NCBI GenBank assembly: GCA_964291315.2
Contig: OZ219753.1
Span: 1,824,001-1,888,000, forward strand
From: Candidatus Poribacteria bacterium
GTDB taxonomy: Bacteria > Poribacteria > WGA-4E > WGA-3G
Length of the DNA stretch: 64,000 nt
Direction: 5' to 3'
Shown: one piece after another, positions 30,105-40,708 of the stretch
Layout: every line of letters begins with the position of its first letter
Position numbering within the stretch: position 1 is the stretch's first letter
Made by a program: the position numbers and the translations under genes
Notes under the pieces: generated by a model
The model's database searches: none
The model's input: the letters and a program-made list of their open reading frames with translations, nothing else
What the model was told of the DNA's origin: nothing

Positions 30105-32519
30105 GTGTTACCCAGTGTTGAAAAGGCTTTAGAATACGATAAAATCCGTGATATTTTAAAGAAATACACCGCTTCTCAACTCGGGACCGCGCGCGTTGAA
30201 ACACTCTCGCCGTCCTCTGACATTCACAAGGTCCGCTATCTACAGACACTGTGCAGTGAGGCAACATTTTTTTATCAGCTCCACGGGGGGATCCCTTTGG
30301 GCGGACTAGCCGATATCACGAAATCACTAACACATGCCGCTAAAACAGGAGCGATCTTAGACCCAGAAGAACTCCTAAAGATCCAGAAAGTTGCACAGAT
30401 TCCAACGGAGATCCACAAGACATTTGAAAAGCGCGACAGAGAAGAATTTCCCAACCTTTTTTCTATCACGGATATTTTGCCTGTCTTCCCAGAATTAGTT
30501 GAGACTGTAAGATACTGCATTAACCCTGACGGTATCATCCTAGATCGCGCAAGCCCCGAACTGCGTGCCATCCGCCGCAAATTATGGCGACTCCGTGAAA
30601 ATGTACATCAAAAACTTGAAGGCACGCTCCGTTCACCTGAATACCAAAAATCAATTCAAGAATCTGTCATTACTTCCCGAAATAACCGATACGTTATTCC
30701 CATAAAACAGGAAGCACTCTCGTCTTTCAAGGGAGTCGTGCAAGCACAATCCACAAGCGGCGCAACCTTTTTTGTTGAACCGCTAGAAATTGTTCAAATG
30801 AACAATGAACTGCACGAACTCGCTGAAGCGGAACACCGAGAAATTCAACGGATCCTCCTTCAACTCACCAATCGCGTGCGCGACAACCTACACGAATTAG
30901 AACTGTCTGTCAACATTTTAGGAGAACTAGATTTTATAAACGCAAAGGCACGCTTCAGTCTCGCGCTGAACGCTGTTGAACCGAAAATCAATACCCGCGG
31001 TGCAATCAAATTAATCGAAGCACGCCACCCGCTACTTGAATTTCATCTCCAGAATGCAAACGCAGCTGATGCTCATACCAGCAAGGAACTCCCAACACGC
31101 GTCGTACCTACAAACGTTCATATTGGCAAGACGTTTAACACACTGATTATCACCGGACCAAATACCGGCGGTAAAACAGTTGTGCTCAAAACTGTCGGCC
31201 TGTTGACTCTCATGGCACAATCGGGCCTACATATCCCCGCCGACCACGGAAGTGAAGTCGCTATCTTTGACACAATTTTCGCTGACATCGGCGACGACCA
31301 AGGAATAGAGCAGAATCTCAGCACCTTCTCCTCACACATTACAAAGATAACGCAGATGTTGAAAAAGCTCAATCCCACCGAATATTCCCTCGTCTTGTTA
31401 GATGAGATCGGCGCCGGCACAGACCCCAGCGAAGGCACTGCCCTCGGGATGGCACTCCTCGATTGGCTCACAAAAAGAAAAGTTAATACTATCGTCACAA
31501 CACACTACGGCGCGCTTAAAGCCTACGCACATACACAAGAAAACATGGAAAACGCCTCGATGGAATTTGATTGGACAACCCTGCACCCAACATATCGGTT
31601 ACAGGTCGGTATCCCAGGAAGCAGCAACGCAATAAAAATTGCCGAACGACTCGGAATGCCAACCGAAATTCTCTATCAAGCAGAAACGCACCTGGGCAAT
31701 AACACTGTTGACGTTGAAAATCTACTTGTATCTTTGCAGGAACGAGAAACCGAGTTGGAGACAGAACATCAGCTCCTACAAAGCCAACTTCGAGACACCG
31801 AAGTCGCACACCAAAAACATACACAGCTCCTCGAAACATTTAAAGCCAATCAGCATAAGTTGAAGCAAGCGGCGGAAAACGAAGCCCAAACTATCGTCGC
31901 TGACGCACGCCGAACAATTGAACAGCTCGTCGCCAATATCCGCAAAGAACAAGCCTCAAAAGCCAGTATTCAAGACGCTTTCTCAAAAATAGAAAAGACT
32001 AAAAAATATCTGCAACAGAAACAACCTAAGACCCAACAAACCAAGCAACCGAAACTTAAAATCTCTGTCGGTGATAAAGTCCGAGTTAAAAAACTTGGAA
32101 AATTTGGAGAAGTCACAGCGATAAAGTCGAACGGGAAAGCACCACTGCAGATCTTGATAGGAACGATGCAAATGCAAGCAGGATACTACGATGTCGACTC
32201 CGTTCGACCCAAGCAAGAGATTTCGCGCCTCTCAACCTCCATACTTGATATTCAGTACAGCAAGGCAAACTCAATCAGCAGTGAGCTTAACATTCGCGGA
32301 ATGCTCGTCAAGGAGGCACTAGATATCACCGATAAATACCTCGACGACGCTTACCTCGCAGGTATCCCGACGGTACGAATCCTACACGGTAAGGGGACAG
32401 GCGCGCTACGTAACGCAGTTCACGCCGAATTGCGTGAAAACCCACACGTGACAAAGTATCAATTCGCACCCCAAAATCAAGGGGGCGAGGGGGTAACCCT
32501 CGTTACATTTGAAGAGTAA
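30105..32519 (+). CDS. mutS2: Endonuclease MutS2
   Basis: ITGPNTGGKT, DIGDDQ.IEQ.LSTFS, LLDEIGAGTDP.EG, Smr domain HGKGTGALR...GG.GVT. Confidence 0.95.
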   Translation: MLPSVEKALEYDKIRDILKKYTASQLGTARVETLSPSSDIHKVRYLQTLCSEATFFYQLHGGIPLGGLADITKSLTHAAKTGAILDPEELLKIQKVAQIPTEIHKTFEKRDREEFPNLFSITDILPVFPELVETVRYCINPDGIILDRASPELRAIRRKLWRLRENVHQKLEGTLRSPEYQKSIQESVITSRNNRYVIPIKQEALSSFKGVVQAQSTSGATFFVEPLEIVQMNNELHELAEAEHREIQRILLQLTNRVRDNLHELELSVNILGELDFINAKARFSLALNAVEPKINTRGAIKLIEARHPLLEFHLQNANAADAHTSKELPTRVVPTNVHIGKTFNTLIITGPNTGGKTVVLKTVGLLTLMAQSGLHIPADHGSEVAIFDTIFADIGDDQGIEQNLSTFSSHITKITQMLKKLNPTEYSLVLLDEIGAGTDPSEGTALGMALLDWLTKRKVNTIVTTHYGALKAYAHTQENMENASMEFDWTTLHPTYRLQVGIPGSSNAIKIAERLGMPTEILYQAETHLGNNTVDVENLLVSLQERETELETEHQLLQSQLRDTEVAHQKHTQLLETFKANQHKLKQAAENEAQTIVADARRTIEQLVANIRKEQASKASIQDAFSKIEKTKKYLQQKQPKTQQTKQPKLKISVGDKVRVKKLGKFGEVTAIKSNGKAPLQILIGTMQMQAGYYDVDSVRPKQEISRLSTSILDIQYSKANSISSELNIRGMLVKEALDITDKYLDDAYLAGIPTVRILHGKGTGALRNAVHAELRENPHVTKYQFAPQNQGGEGVTLVTFEE

Positions 32520-32610
32520 TCTCAACGTATCTAGGACTAATAAACAAGATTTCCCTGAATCAGTAACCACGCTTGTAACTGACAACCAAACCCTATAAGG
32601 CAGGTCCATA

Positions 32611-34425
32611 GTGAACACCGCTCACTCGAAAAATTACATACCGCCCGAAGTACTTGACGAAATTCGGAGCCGCACGGACATCGTTGAAGTCGTTTCCGAG
32701 TGTGGTGTTGCCTTACGGCCCTCTGGACATAACTACAAAGGACTCTGTCCGTTTCATGATGAGAAAACACCCTCCTTTACCGTCTCAGCAGAAAAACAGA
32801 TGTTCTACTGTTTCGGTTGTCAAACTGGCGGTAATGTTATCTCTTTTGTTCAAAAACATGAAGGCAAATCCTTCACGGAAACCGCAGAATGGCTAGCCGA
32901 GCGCTTGAATATCGTAATCCGGAGTCAAGATGCCCGTGAAATTGCAAAGCAGAAACGATTCTCATCCCTGGAAGACCTCAACCGCTTCGCAGTCAAATAC
33001 TACCACCGTCAACTGCTCACCGAGGGAATTGGAGACGCAGCCAGGCAATACCTCAACCAGCGCGGCATCGAACCCAAAACAATTCAGCGCTTTCAATTGG
33101 GATACGCAAAAAGCAGCCGGCGCGACCTCCTGAAAACCGCTATACAAAACGAATTTACCAACCAGCAGCTCATTGATACCGGATTGATTAAGGATGAAGA
33201 TCACGGACCACAAGACCGGTTTTGGAAACGGATCCTTTTCCCAATTTACAATGAACGCGGGGTACCTGTCGCATTCGGCGGCCGTGCCCTTTCCGAATCG
33301 CAGCAACCCAAATATTTGAACTCGCCAGCGACTACTCTCTATGATAAAAGCAACCTACTTTACAACCTTGACAAAGCACGTCAGTCCATCTATAAACGCC
33401 AACAGGTAATTCTTGTTGAAGGGTACATGGACGCTTTGATGCTTTATCAATCAGGCATCGATTATGTAGTCGCCTCTTCCGGAACCTCCCTGAGTGAGAA
33501 CCACGCAAGTCTCTTAAAACGGTTCGCCCCCGAAGTCGTTATTGTCTATGACGGAGACGCCTCCGGCGTCCGAGCAGCACATCGCGGGTTGCACCGGATG
33601 CTTGCAAAGGGATTGCGCGTACGTATAGCACTCCTGCCAGCAGGAGAAGACCCAGATTCCTTTACACGACAGCACGGACCCGACGCGTTCACAGAACTCA
33701 CCGACAAAGCGGTAAATCTTATCGAATTTCAGATTCAAACCGCTATCCAACAACAGAACATCCACCGAGCCGATGTGAAATCACAGATTGCCAAAGAAAT
33801 TACCGAAACACTTCTAAACCTCACAAATCGAATGGAGCGCACTGAATACGTCAAATACGCCGCAACTGAACTACGTATGGACGCAAATTTGATTTGGCAA
33901 GAATTGCGAGACGCCGGGCTTAAAGAGAAGCAAACCCCTCAATACACAAGAAAAGGCAAGCGCACACCCGCAAAACTATCAACGCGCGCCCAAATCGAAA
34001 TTCAACTTATTGAGGCATTAATCCAAAATCCAACGTTAATCCCGCAAGTCAAATCCGAATTCCCTTATCAGAATTTCACAGAGCCACGTTTCGCTAAAAT
34101 CGCACAATTGCTCTGGCAGGCGTGTACAGACAACGAAACCGTTGAAATCCAGCTCCTTATCAGTGAGTGTTCTGATGACGAACTGAAATCTCTTATCTCA
34201 AACGCGCTGCTACGTAGAAACCCCCCTCCGAACTTAAAAGCAAGGGTTGACGGGTGTCTCCGTAAACTCCGAGATTTCCTCTTACAAGACTACGAACAGC
34301 GCGTGCGTTCCCACGGGATCGCCCAAGGAACAGACGAGAGGGAAATTCTCAAAGACCTCGTAGAACTTTCAAACCGGAGGCGCACCTTAGCTGCAAACAC
34401 CTCTGAGGAGCTAGACGCTGTATAG
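32611..34425 (+). CDS. dnaG: DNA primase
   Basis: Zn finger [34 protein letters not shown]. Confidence 0.97.
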   Translation: MNTAHSKNYIPPEVLDEIRSRTDIVEVVSECGVALRPSGHNYKGLCPFHDEKTPSFTVSAEKQMFYCFGCQTGGNVISFVQKHEGKSFTETAEWLAERLNIVIRSQDAREIAKQKRFSSLEDLNRFAVKYYHRQLLTEGIGDAARQYLNQRGIEPKTIQRFQLGYAKSSRRDLLKTAIQNEFTNQQLIDTGLIKDEDHGPQDRFWKRILFPIYNERGVPVAFGGRALSESQQPKYLNSPATTLYDKSNLLYNLDKARQSIYKRQQVILVEGYMDALMLYQSGIDYVVASSGTSLSENHASLLKRFAPEVVIVYDGDASGVRAAHRGLHRMLAKGLRVRIALLPAGEDPDSFTRQHGPDAFTELTDKAVNLIEFQIQTAIQQQNIHRADVKSQIAKEITETLLNLTNRMERTEYVKYAATELRMDANLIWQELRDAGLKEKQTPQYTRKGKRTPAKLSTRAQIEIQLIEALIQNPTLIPQVKSEFPYQNFTEPRFAKIAQLLWQACTDNETVEIQLLISECSDDELKSLISNALLRRNPPPNLKARVDGCLRKLRDFLLQDYEQRVRSHGIAQGTDEREILKDLVELSNRRRTLAANTSEELDAV

Positions 34426-34463
34426 CATTGCATCAAACATTTGAAATAAGGAGCACATTGATT

Positions 34464-35987
34464 ATGGATTTTAAAGACTATTCTACCGCCGATTATCTAG
34501 ACCCCGAACGCGACACTGATCTCGAATACAACGAAAGCACAGAATCGCCCGCGCACCGTAGCAATCACACAGATGATTCAGTGAAAGTTTATATGCGTGA
34601 GATGGGGAAATTTCAATTGCTTGATAGGGCCCAAGAGGTCGAACTCGCGAAACAGATTGAAGCAGGACATCGCGACGCACTTGAAGCTACCTTCGGAACC
34701 ACGCTCGCAATTACAGAAATCCGGAAGATGCTCTATAAGGTCGTTACCGCTAAAAAACGAGCCTCCGATATTATCGATATGCCCGTTAAGAGCAGCTCAA
34801 CTGTGGACAAAGAACGCAAACTCCGGGAAGAAGTAAAAAAGGTGTTAGAGATACTCGAAAAGCTCGAAATAGAACGTTTTGATGCCACCACTGAAAACGG
34901 AAACGAGGCCCCTGAAAAGTCGAAAACGCTCAAAAAATTGATCAGAACCCTCGAACAACTAAAGATCGACCGCGAAGAGATTAGCAAAATCTCCGACAGC
35001 GTCAAGCAGGCAGAATATCAGATTAGTCAGTGGGAAAACCAGATCCAGCACCTCCAGCAAACCCACAATATCCCCCACGAATGGTTCAACGGCCAGAACA
35101 GAACCCAACGAGAATGCGAAACCGCCACCCTAGAAAACGCCTACGTGGAAATTGTCCAATGCAAACGCAATATCCGACAGTCCATGAATGAAATTGGAGT
35201 CTCCCGTGAGCATCTGAAATCCCTCACACAACAGATTGACAAAGGCGAATCTGATGCACAGGCCGCAAAAATGGCCATCGTTGAAGCAAACCTCCGACTT
35301 GTAGTCAGCATCGCAAAGAAGCACCGACACCGTTCAGCAGGACTTGAATTCCTAGATCTAATCCAAGAAGGAAATATCGGCTTGATGCGAGCAGTTGACA
35401 AATTCGACTACCAGCGCGGCTATAAGTTCAGTACCTACGCAACATGGTGGATCCGACAAGGCATTACCCGCGCTATTGCTGATCAAGGACGCACAATCCG
35501 CATTCCAGTCCATATGCAAGAACGAATTAGCAAAATACGACGGGTCCAACGCTCACTGCTCCAAGAACTCGGCAGCGAACCAACTGCTGAACAAATCGCA
35601 CAAGATTTGAAAATCTCGACCACCAAAGTCAATGAAGCTTTAGCCGTTGCCCCGGAAACATCTTCCCTAGATATGCCAATTGGTGAAGAAGATGATAATC
35701 CACTCGGTGCTTTGGTTATGGATGTTAGGGTACCCTCGCCCGTTCAAGAAGCAGAATTGAACATCCTTAAAGAACAAATACAAGATGTACTTTCCGAACT
35801 AGACGACCGCGAAAGACAAGTTATTTCCCTCCGTTTCGGCATTGAAGACGGTTACCCTAGAACGCTTGAGGAAGTCGGCAAGCTATTCAACGTAACGCGC
35901 GAACGAATCCGACAAATCGAGGCAAAGGCACTCCGTAAATTGCGACACCCGCGCCGCAGCCACAAGCTACGCGATTTTGTTCCATAA
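34464..35987 (+). CDS. rpoD: Primary sigma factor sigma70
   Basis: [63 protein letters not shown]; follows dnaG. Confidence 0.93.
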   Translation: MDFKDYSTADYLDPERDTDLEYNESTESPAHRSNHTDDSVKVYMREMGKFQLLDRAQEVELAKQIEAGHRDALEATFGTTLAITEIRKMLYKVVTAKKRASDIIDMPVKSSSTVDKERKLREEVKKVLEILEKLEIERFDATTENGNEAPEKSKTLKKLIRTLEQLKIDREEISKISDSVKQAEYQISQWENQIQHLQQTHNIPHEWFNGQNRTQRECETATLENAYVEIVQCKRNIRQSMNEIGVSREHLKSLTQQIDKGESDAQAAKMAIVEANLRLVVSIAKKHRHRSAGLEFLDLIQEGNIGLMRAVDKFDYQRGYKFSTYATWWIRQGITRAIADQGRTIRIPVHMQERISKIRRVQRSLLQELGSEPTAEQIAQDLKISTTKVNEALAVAPETSSLDMPIGEEDDNPLGALVMDVRVPSPVQEAELNILKEQIQDVLSELDDRERQVISLRFGIEDGYPRTLEEVGKLFNVTRERIRQIEAKALRKLRHPRRSHKLRDFVP

Positions 35988-36083
35988 TATACATTCGATC
36001 CTATAGAAACGCCTCTTATGCAGGTAGACCCAGCACCTATCCTATATACCCTGACGGCAGAGCACCCATAACTATTAAATAAT

Positions 36084-36112
36084 TTGATTTTTAATTAGAA
36101 ATATTGTATAAT
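36084..36112 (+). promoter_or_regulatory. Promoter of the tRNA pair
   Basis: TTGATT-17 nt-TATAAT. Confidence 0.55.
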
Positions 36113-36133
36113 TTTTTATACCGAAATTAAAGC

Positions 36134-36206
36134 GGGCCCATAGCTCAGTGGTCAGAGCCGTCGGCTCATAACCGACTGGTCCTAGGTTCGAGTCCTAGTG
36201 GGCCCA
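36134..36206 (+). tRNA. tRNA with CAT anticodon, most likely tRNA-Ile2
   Basis: GGGCCCA/TGGGCCC acceptor stem, GTCGG-CTCATAA-CCGAC anticodon arm; paired first position and no GGG/CCC anticodon stem, so not initiator; lies downstream of rpoD like ileX. Confidence 0.88.
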
Positions 36207-36217
36207 TATCCCTACAT

Positions 36218-36290
36218 GGGGCGTTAGCTCAGGGGTACGAGCGCTACCTTCACACGGTAGAAGTCACTGGTTCAAATCCAGTACGCCCCA
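36218..36290 (+). tRNA. tRNA-Val(CAC)
   Basis: GGGGCGT/ACGCCCC acceptor stem, CTACC-TTCACAC-GGTAG anticodon arm, GGTTCAAATCC; D-loop ends in C rather than the usual A; CCA not encoded. Confidence 0.92.
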
Positions 36291-36597
36291 TTGTTGTCAG
36301 GTCAAGCACGTTCGGTTCTAGCGTAGGACAGATATACAAATTCCGACTGCTGCCATAGAACCCAACAAAGCTCAAAAACTAAATCGCCCTATCTCAAACC
36401 AAGGGCCGGTACATGGAAAGTAGGGATGCCCCACGCTTTGTCCAAACTAGCATCAAAGCGATCGATTGAGACAGCCACAACGAAGTCCCAACCTTACAGA
36501 TATTCTTCCCTGCTAATCACCCATGTAGACAGAATTTCCGAATCCCGACTGCTAACCGATGACGGCTGACAACCAGCCGCATTCTATTCACAACTAA

Positions 36598-37035
36598 ATG
36601 ACTAAATACGTAGTAGCAACAGCAGATGAAATCGAACCCGGCAAACGCAAAATCGTCGAAATCGGAGGACGGTCGATCGGGATTTTTAACATTGACGGCG
36701 AATATTTCGCCATCCGTAACAGCTGCCCGCATCAAGGCGGACCCTTATGCCGCGGCATGGTCACCGGCTTTTTAGAATCCTCTGCACCGGGCTCCTATAA
36801 CTATACCCGCAAAGGCGAGATCCTCCGGTGCCCATGGCACAGTTGGGAATTCGACATCAAAACCGGGCAATCCTGGTGGAACCCCGCACAGCGACGCGTT
36901 AAAAAATACAACGTCCACGTCGAGAGTGGCGAGGACATCGAGGCATCCAGCCCTCAACCGCAAAAGGGCCCTTATGTAGCCGATACCTTCCCCGTCACCA
37001 TCGAACAAAAATACATCGTCATTGATATTGCCTAA
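36598..37035 (+). CDS. Rieske [2Fe-2S] ferredoxin
   Basis: CPHQG...CPWH.WEFD. Confidence 0.92.
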   Translation: MTKYVVATADEIEPGKRKIVEIGGRSIGIFNIDGEYFAIRNSCPHQGGPLCRGMVTGFLESSAPGSYNYTRKGEILRCPWHSWEFDIKTGQSWWNPAQRRVKKYNVHVESGEDIEASSPQPQKGPYVADTFPVTIEQKYIVIDIA

Positions 37036-37143
37036 CGGAAAATCTTAGATGCGTAAATCTAGCCTTGTGGAATTTGCTCTTTCAGAAAAAAAGATAATAC
37101 CGAATGTAAATACACAAAGGTACATTAGATACGGAGATTTTTA

Positions 37144-38280
37144 ATGCCCAATCCCCACACACTCCTCTGTACAATTGGAACAAGTCTGTTTTATCCCAAC
37201 CTGTCCAATCTTCTTAAGGAAGAGCAAACCGATCCCCGCCGCGCTGCTCTCGCCCGGGCATATTCCCAAAAAGATTGGCAGGCAGTAGCATTACAACTGC
37301 ATGAAGTAGATCCAACCAACCGTCTTTGTGGTGCAGAGATTAACTCTGTGACGGATCTCATCGAACATAACCATATTGAGATAGGCTATCTTCATCTGTT
37401 CCACTCTGATACAGACACCGGAAAATCGATCGCCGAAATTTTGAAAACCTACTTCACACAAGATCATTGGCGGGTGAAAGTTCATTGTGTAGAAGGCTTG
37501 CAAGATGATGACCCTAAGCTGTTTCGCACGCAGGGTTTGCGCAACCTTGTCAAACTCTTCGGCGAACAGGTACGTGAGTCAAGACAAAACTCTATTCCCT
37601 GTGCTATTAATGCAACCGGCGGATATAAAGCTCAGATTGCAATTGCAGTACTTATGGGGCAATCTCTTGACATCCCAGTCTATTACAAGCATGAACGTTT
37701 TAATGCGATTATCCCGTTTCCACCTATGCCTGTAGCTCTCGATGTTTCACTGTGGCAGCGTGCCAGCGGTATGTTTATGCTCCTGAGTCAGACTGACGCT
37801 TGTGAACCCGAAAAAAATTTCAGTGAGGACTGGGATGTGCGTTTTGAACCTTTAGTTGAGCGGGTGGTGATTGATGATGAGCCACATCTGTCACTCTCAG
37901 CCACTGGACAGATTTTTCATGAAACCTCCCACTCTCATTTTCAGGAATTGAAGACGAACAATCTTCCGCGGGCTGCATATCAGCATGAGAAAGAGCAACC
38001 GAGGCTCGGAGAACACGGCTACAACCAAGCCCTTAATCCCATCTTACATTTTTTGCAAACCCTCACCGACGCAAAAGACTACGTCCGATACTGTCATTCA
38101 ACGCGTTGGTATCCGAACCTGCCGGAAGCCACCCGATTTCGGTTATCACGTGGAGCTGTCGAAGGAGTATACTCAAACGGGACGTGGTGTGTGAAATTTA
38201 GGGTCATCACAACCGCAGAAGATGAAAGCCAATTAGCAGTCGTTGTGGCAGATCTCAATGACTGGTTGCACACACAATAA
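37144..38280 (+). CDS. CRISPR-associated CARF protein (APE2256/TIGR02619-type) with C-terminal putative effector domain
   Basis: LLCTIGTSL, GAEINS, HSDT..G, INATGGYKAQ, YYKHE.F; directly upstream of cas10. Confidence 0.85.
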   Translation: MPNPHTLLCTIGTSLFYPNLSNLLKEEQTDPRRAALARAYSQKDWQAVALQLHEVDPTNRLCGAEINSVTDLIEHNHIEIGYLHLFHSDTDTGKSIAEILKTYFTQDHWRVKVHCVEGLQDDDPKLFRTQGLRNLVKLFGEQVRESRQNSIPCAINATGGYKAQIAIAVLMGQSLDIPVYYKHERFNAIIPFPPMPVALDVSLWQRASGMFMLLSQTDACEPEKNFSEDWDVRFEPLVERVVIDDEPHLSLSATGQIFHETSHSHFQELKTNNLPRAAYQHEKEQPRLGEHGYNQALNPILHFLQTLTDAKDYVRYCHSTRWYPNLPEATRFRLSRGAVEGVYSNGTWCVKFRVITTAEDESQLAVVVADLNDWLHTQ

Positions 38281-38313
38281 TTTCAAGGCACACAAAAAGG
38301 AGGTCTTTAGATC

Positions 38314-39921
38314 ATGGCTGATGAATCTTTTGTAATTATAATCGATACCCCCTCAGTAAAAAAATATGTGTTCGGTAGCGATTCTTTGAGTGAAGTACGG
38401 GGCGGCAGCGCGCGACTAGATCGCTTAAACCGGCACGAAATGGAAAGCTGTTTAACGAAGCACCCTGACGTAGCAAACGTAGAACGGGTTTATGCCAATG
38501 GGGGTTCAGCACAGTTTTTGGTCCAGGCAGACAATGCTGCCAAGGTTAAAGCTGCCTGTGAAAGCATGCTGTACCAGATCCGCGCGCAAACAGGCGGGGA
38601 AGTGCGACTTGTCTACGGTATTGCCCCGCTTAAAGATGCGGGGGCCTACCCGGAGACTGTGCGCACCGCACATTTTCAACTTCGATGCCAACGCGAGTTT
38701 GCAACATGCCATCGGAGCGCTGCCTTAGCGCCTATTATATCGGAATGTACCTCTTCTTCGCACCTGCCCGCAGTTCACATAGATGATGACCAGATACTGT
38801 CCCAGGCAAGCTATGAAAAAGTGCATGAGCGACAGGGAACGCCGCATCACGGGCTCTGGCGTGGATGGATGCACCATTTAAATCACAAAGGAAATTGGCC
38901 AGAAAGCAAGCATTGGAATAAACTACGATGTGAGAACCTAACGGATATCGGCGATCGATCCTCATGGCGCAACTACATCGGGATAGTCTATGCCGATGGA
39001 AACGCCATGGGACAAATTGTCCAAGCCATGACATGCCCGGAGACATTTCGCCAATTTAGCAAAATTGTCGATAACAGTATTCAAGACGCATGTTTCACTG
39101 CACTTAGCGAAATTTCCGAGCGGGAAGTTAATAAAATTCGAAAAGATTATAAACAACAGAAGGGTTTTGACCCCCTCGCTGCTGATATCCTACTCCTTGG
39201 CGGCGACGACTTGCTAGTGGCACTGCCAGCCGACCGGGCACTCGATTTTTCCCTGAGAGTCACCGAAAAATTTGAAGCCTTGACAAAAAATAAAATTGAT
39301 GCCCTACAAAATGCAGAAACGCAGCAGTTTTTCCACGAGAAGCTCGGCGACCGAGGCTTCACAATTTCCTGCGGGGTTGCCATTGCAAAAAGCAGCTATC
39401 CGTTTTATCTCGCCCTAGACCTGGCAGAGCAGCTCTTGAAAAATGCCAAACGCCAAAATAGCCGTACTTCGCAAACCGAAACACAAAACAAGGCACGCGT
39501 TGACTTTCATGTCGTAGCAGGAGCAAATAGCCACACCCTTGGACAAGTGCGTGAGACGGACTATCAAGTATCGACTGATTCCACTGCGCAGCGAACGCTT
39601 CGCCCCTTGTCTTGTCCTGAATTGAAGACGCTCCGGACCGGTGTCGAGCGCCTGCAAGAGGCGAGATTTCCACATAGCAAGCTCTATGAGCTTCAAGAGG
39701 CAGCTCTGTTACCGAGCAAGATTCAATCTGACTGGCGCATTAAAGATATATTCGCTCGATGCCAGCATGGAAAAGGCCAATCGCAGCGACGCGCCTTATG
39801 GGAAGCCACAAGACATTTGTGCCCACAAGAATACAACTTTAACTTCCCGTGGTTCGAAAAAGACGGGCAACGCCTGCTGTGTGTAGCAGACCTCGTAGAA
39901 GCATACCGCCTATTTGCTTAG
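38314..39921 (+). CDS. cas10: Cas10, compact, HD-less, cyclase motif intact
   Basis: DTPSVKKYVF.S..L.EVRGGS, YADGNAMG, LGGDDL, AEQLLKNAK; no N-terminal HD domain. Confidence 0.92.
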   Translation: MADESFVIIIDTPSVKKYVFGSDSLSEVRGGSARLDRLNRHEMESCLTKHPDVANVERVYANGGSAQFLVQADNAAKVKAACESMLYQIRAQTGGEVRLVYGIAPLKDAGAYPETVRTAHFQLRCQREFATCHRSAALAPIISECTSSSHLPAVHIDDDQILSQASYEKVHERQGTPHHGLWRGWMHHLNHKGNWPESKHWNKLRCENLTDIGDRSSWRNYIGIVYADGNAMGQIVQAMTCPETFRQFSKIVDNSIQDACFTALSEISEREVNKIRKDYKQQKGFDPLAADILLLGGDDLLVALPADRALDFSLRVTEKFEALTKNKIDALQNAETQQFFHEKLGDRGFTISCGVAIAKSSYPFYLALDLAEQLLKNAKRQNSRTSQTETQNKARVDFHVVAGANSHTLGQVRETDYQVSTDSTAQRTLRPLSCPELKTLRTGVERLQEARFPHSKLYELQEAALLPSKIQSDWRIKDIFARCQHGKGQSQRRALWEATRHLCPQEYNFNFPWFEKDGQRLLCVADLVEAYRLFA

Positions 39922-39939
39922 TAGAAAGGAGACTTATCT

Positions 39940-40683
39940 ATGAATCCTCAACGCTTAGACCTAGACTACCATATTATTTGGCAGGGACGTTGGCACGTCG
40001 GTAGCGGATATCAATCCGCAGCAGCAGATAGGTTACTCCGGCGCTTGGAAGGTGTTGACGGTGGCCCGTTTGTTCCCGGCTCTCAAATCAAGGGCGTTCT
40101 ACGTTACCAGTGCGAAAGATTAGCACTCGCGTTCGGGCTCGAAGCAGTCAACCCCCACGCCGGTATTAAAGAAGACAATCAGAATCTAATAAGACATTTT
40201 AAGCCGTTGAAGGAAACAACCTTGGTAGTAGATCGACTATTTGGCACCCGTTATCAAGGCGAATGTCTCTTTGTTACGAACGCAGTGCCTATGTTATTAC
40301 CCGAGGAGAAAACAGTTCCCTCCGTACAACCGCGTACAGCCTTGGACCGCCTTACAGGAACAGTAATGGAACACAATCTGTTCACAACCGAATTTTCGGA
40401 TCAGAAAACCTCGCTTCAAGGAACTATCCGCGCCCGTCATCCCGCCGGCGTTCTGACACCTTATGAAGAAGGGGTTCCTTATGAATATGCGCTCCTCCTA
40501 GTATCACTCCTTTCCATGGATACCTTGGGCGGAGACAAAAGCACCGGCTTAGGACGTTGCAGCCTTGAAATCGTAGAGGACTCCTTGCGTTGGAACTGCC
40601 AAGATATTTCATTGGATGCCGGTCTGCAAAGTTTCGAGGATTTAGCAGACGAATGGGCTGAGTGGTTAGAGGCAACACGTTAA
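39940..40683 (+). CDS. Cas7-group RAMP (Csm3-like)
   Basis: WHVGSG, VPGSQIKGVLR, RTALDRLTG, G-rich loop LGGDKSTGLG. Confidence 0.88.
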   Translation: MNPQRLDLDYHIIWQGRWHVGSGYQSAAADRLLRRLEGVDGGPFVPGSQIKGVLRYQCERLALAFGLEAVNPHAGIKEDNQNLIRHFKPLKETTLVVDRLFGTRYQGECLFVTNAVPMLLPEEKTVPSVQPRTALDRLTGTVMEHNLFTTEFSDQKTSLQGTIRARHPAGVLTPYEEGVPYEYALLLVSLLSMDTLGGDKSTGLGRCSLEIVEDSLRWNCQDISLDAGLQSFEDLADEWAEWLEATR

Positions 40684-40708
40684 TAACTGTAAATAAGGAT
40701 CGAACAGC

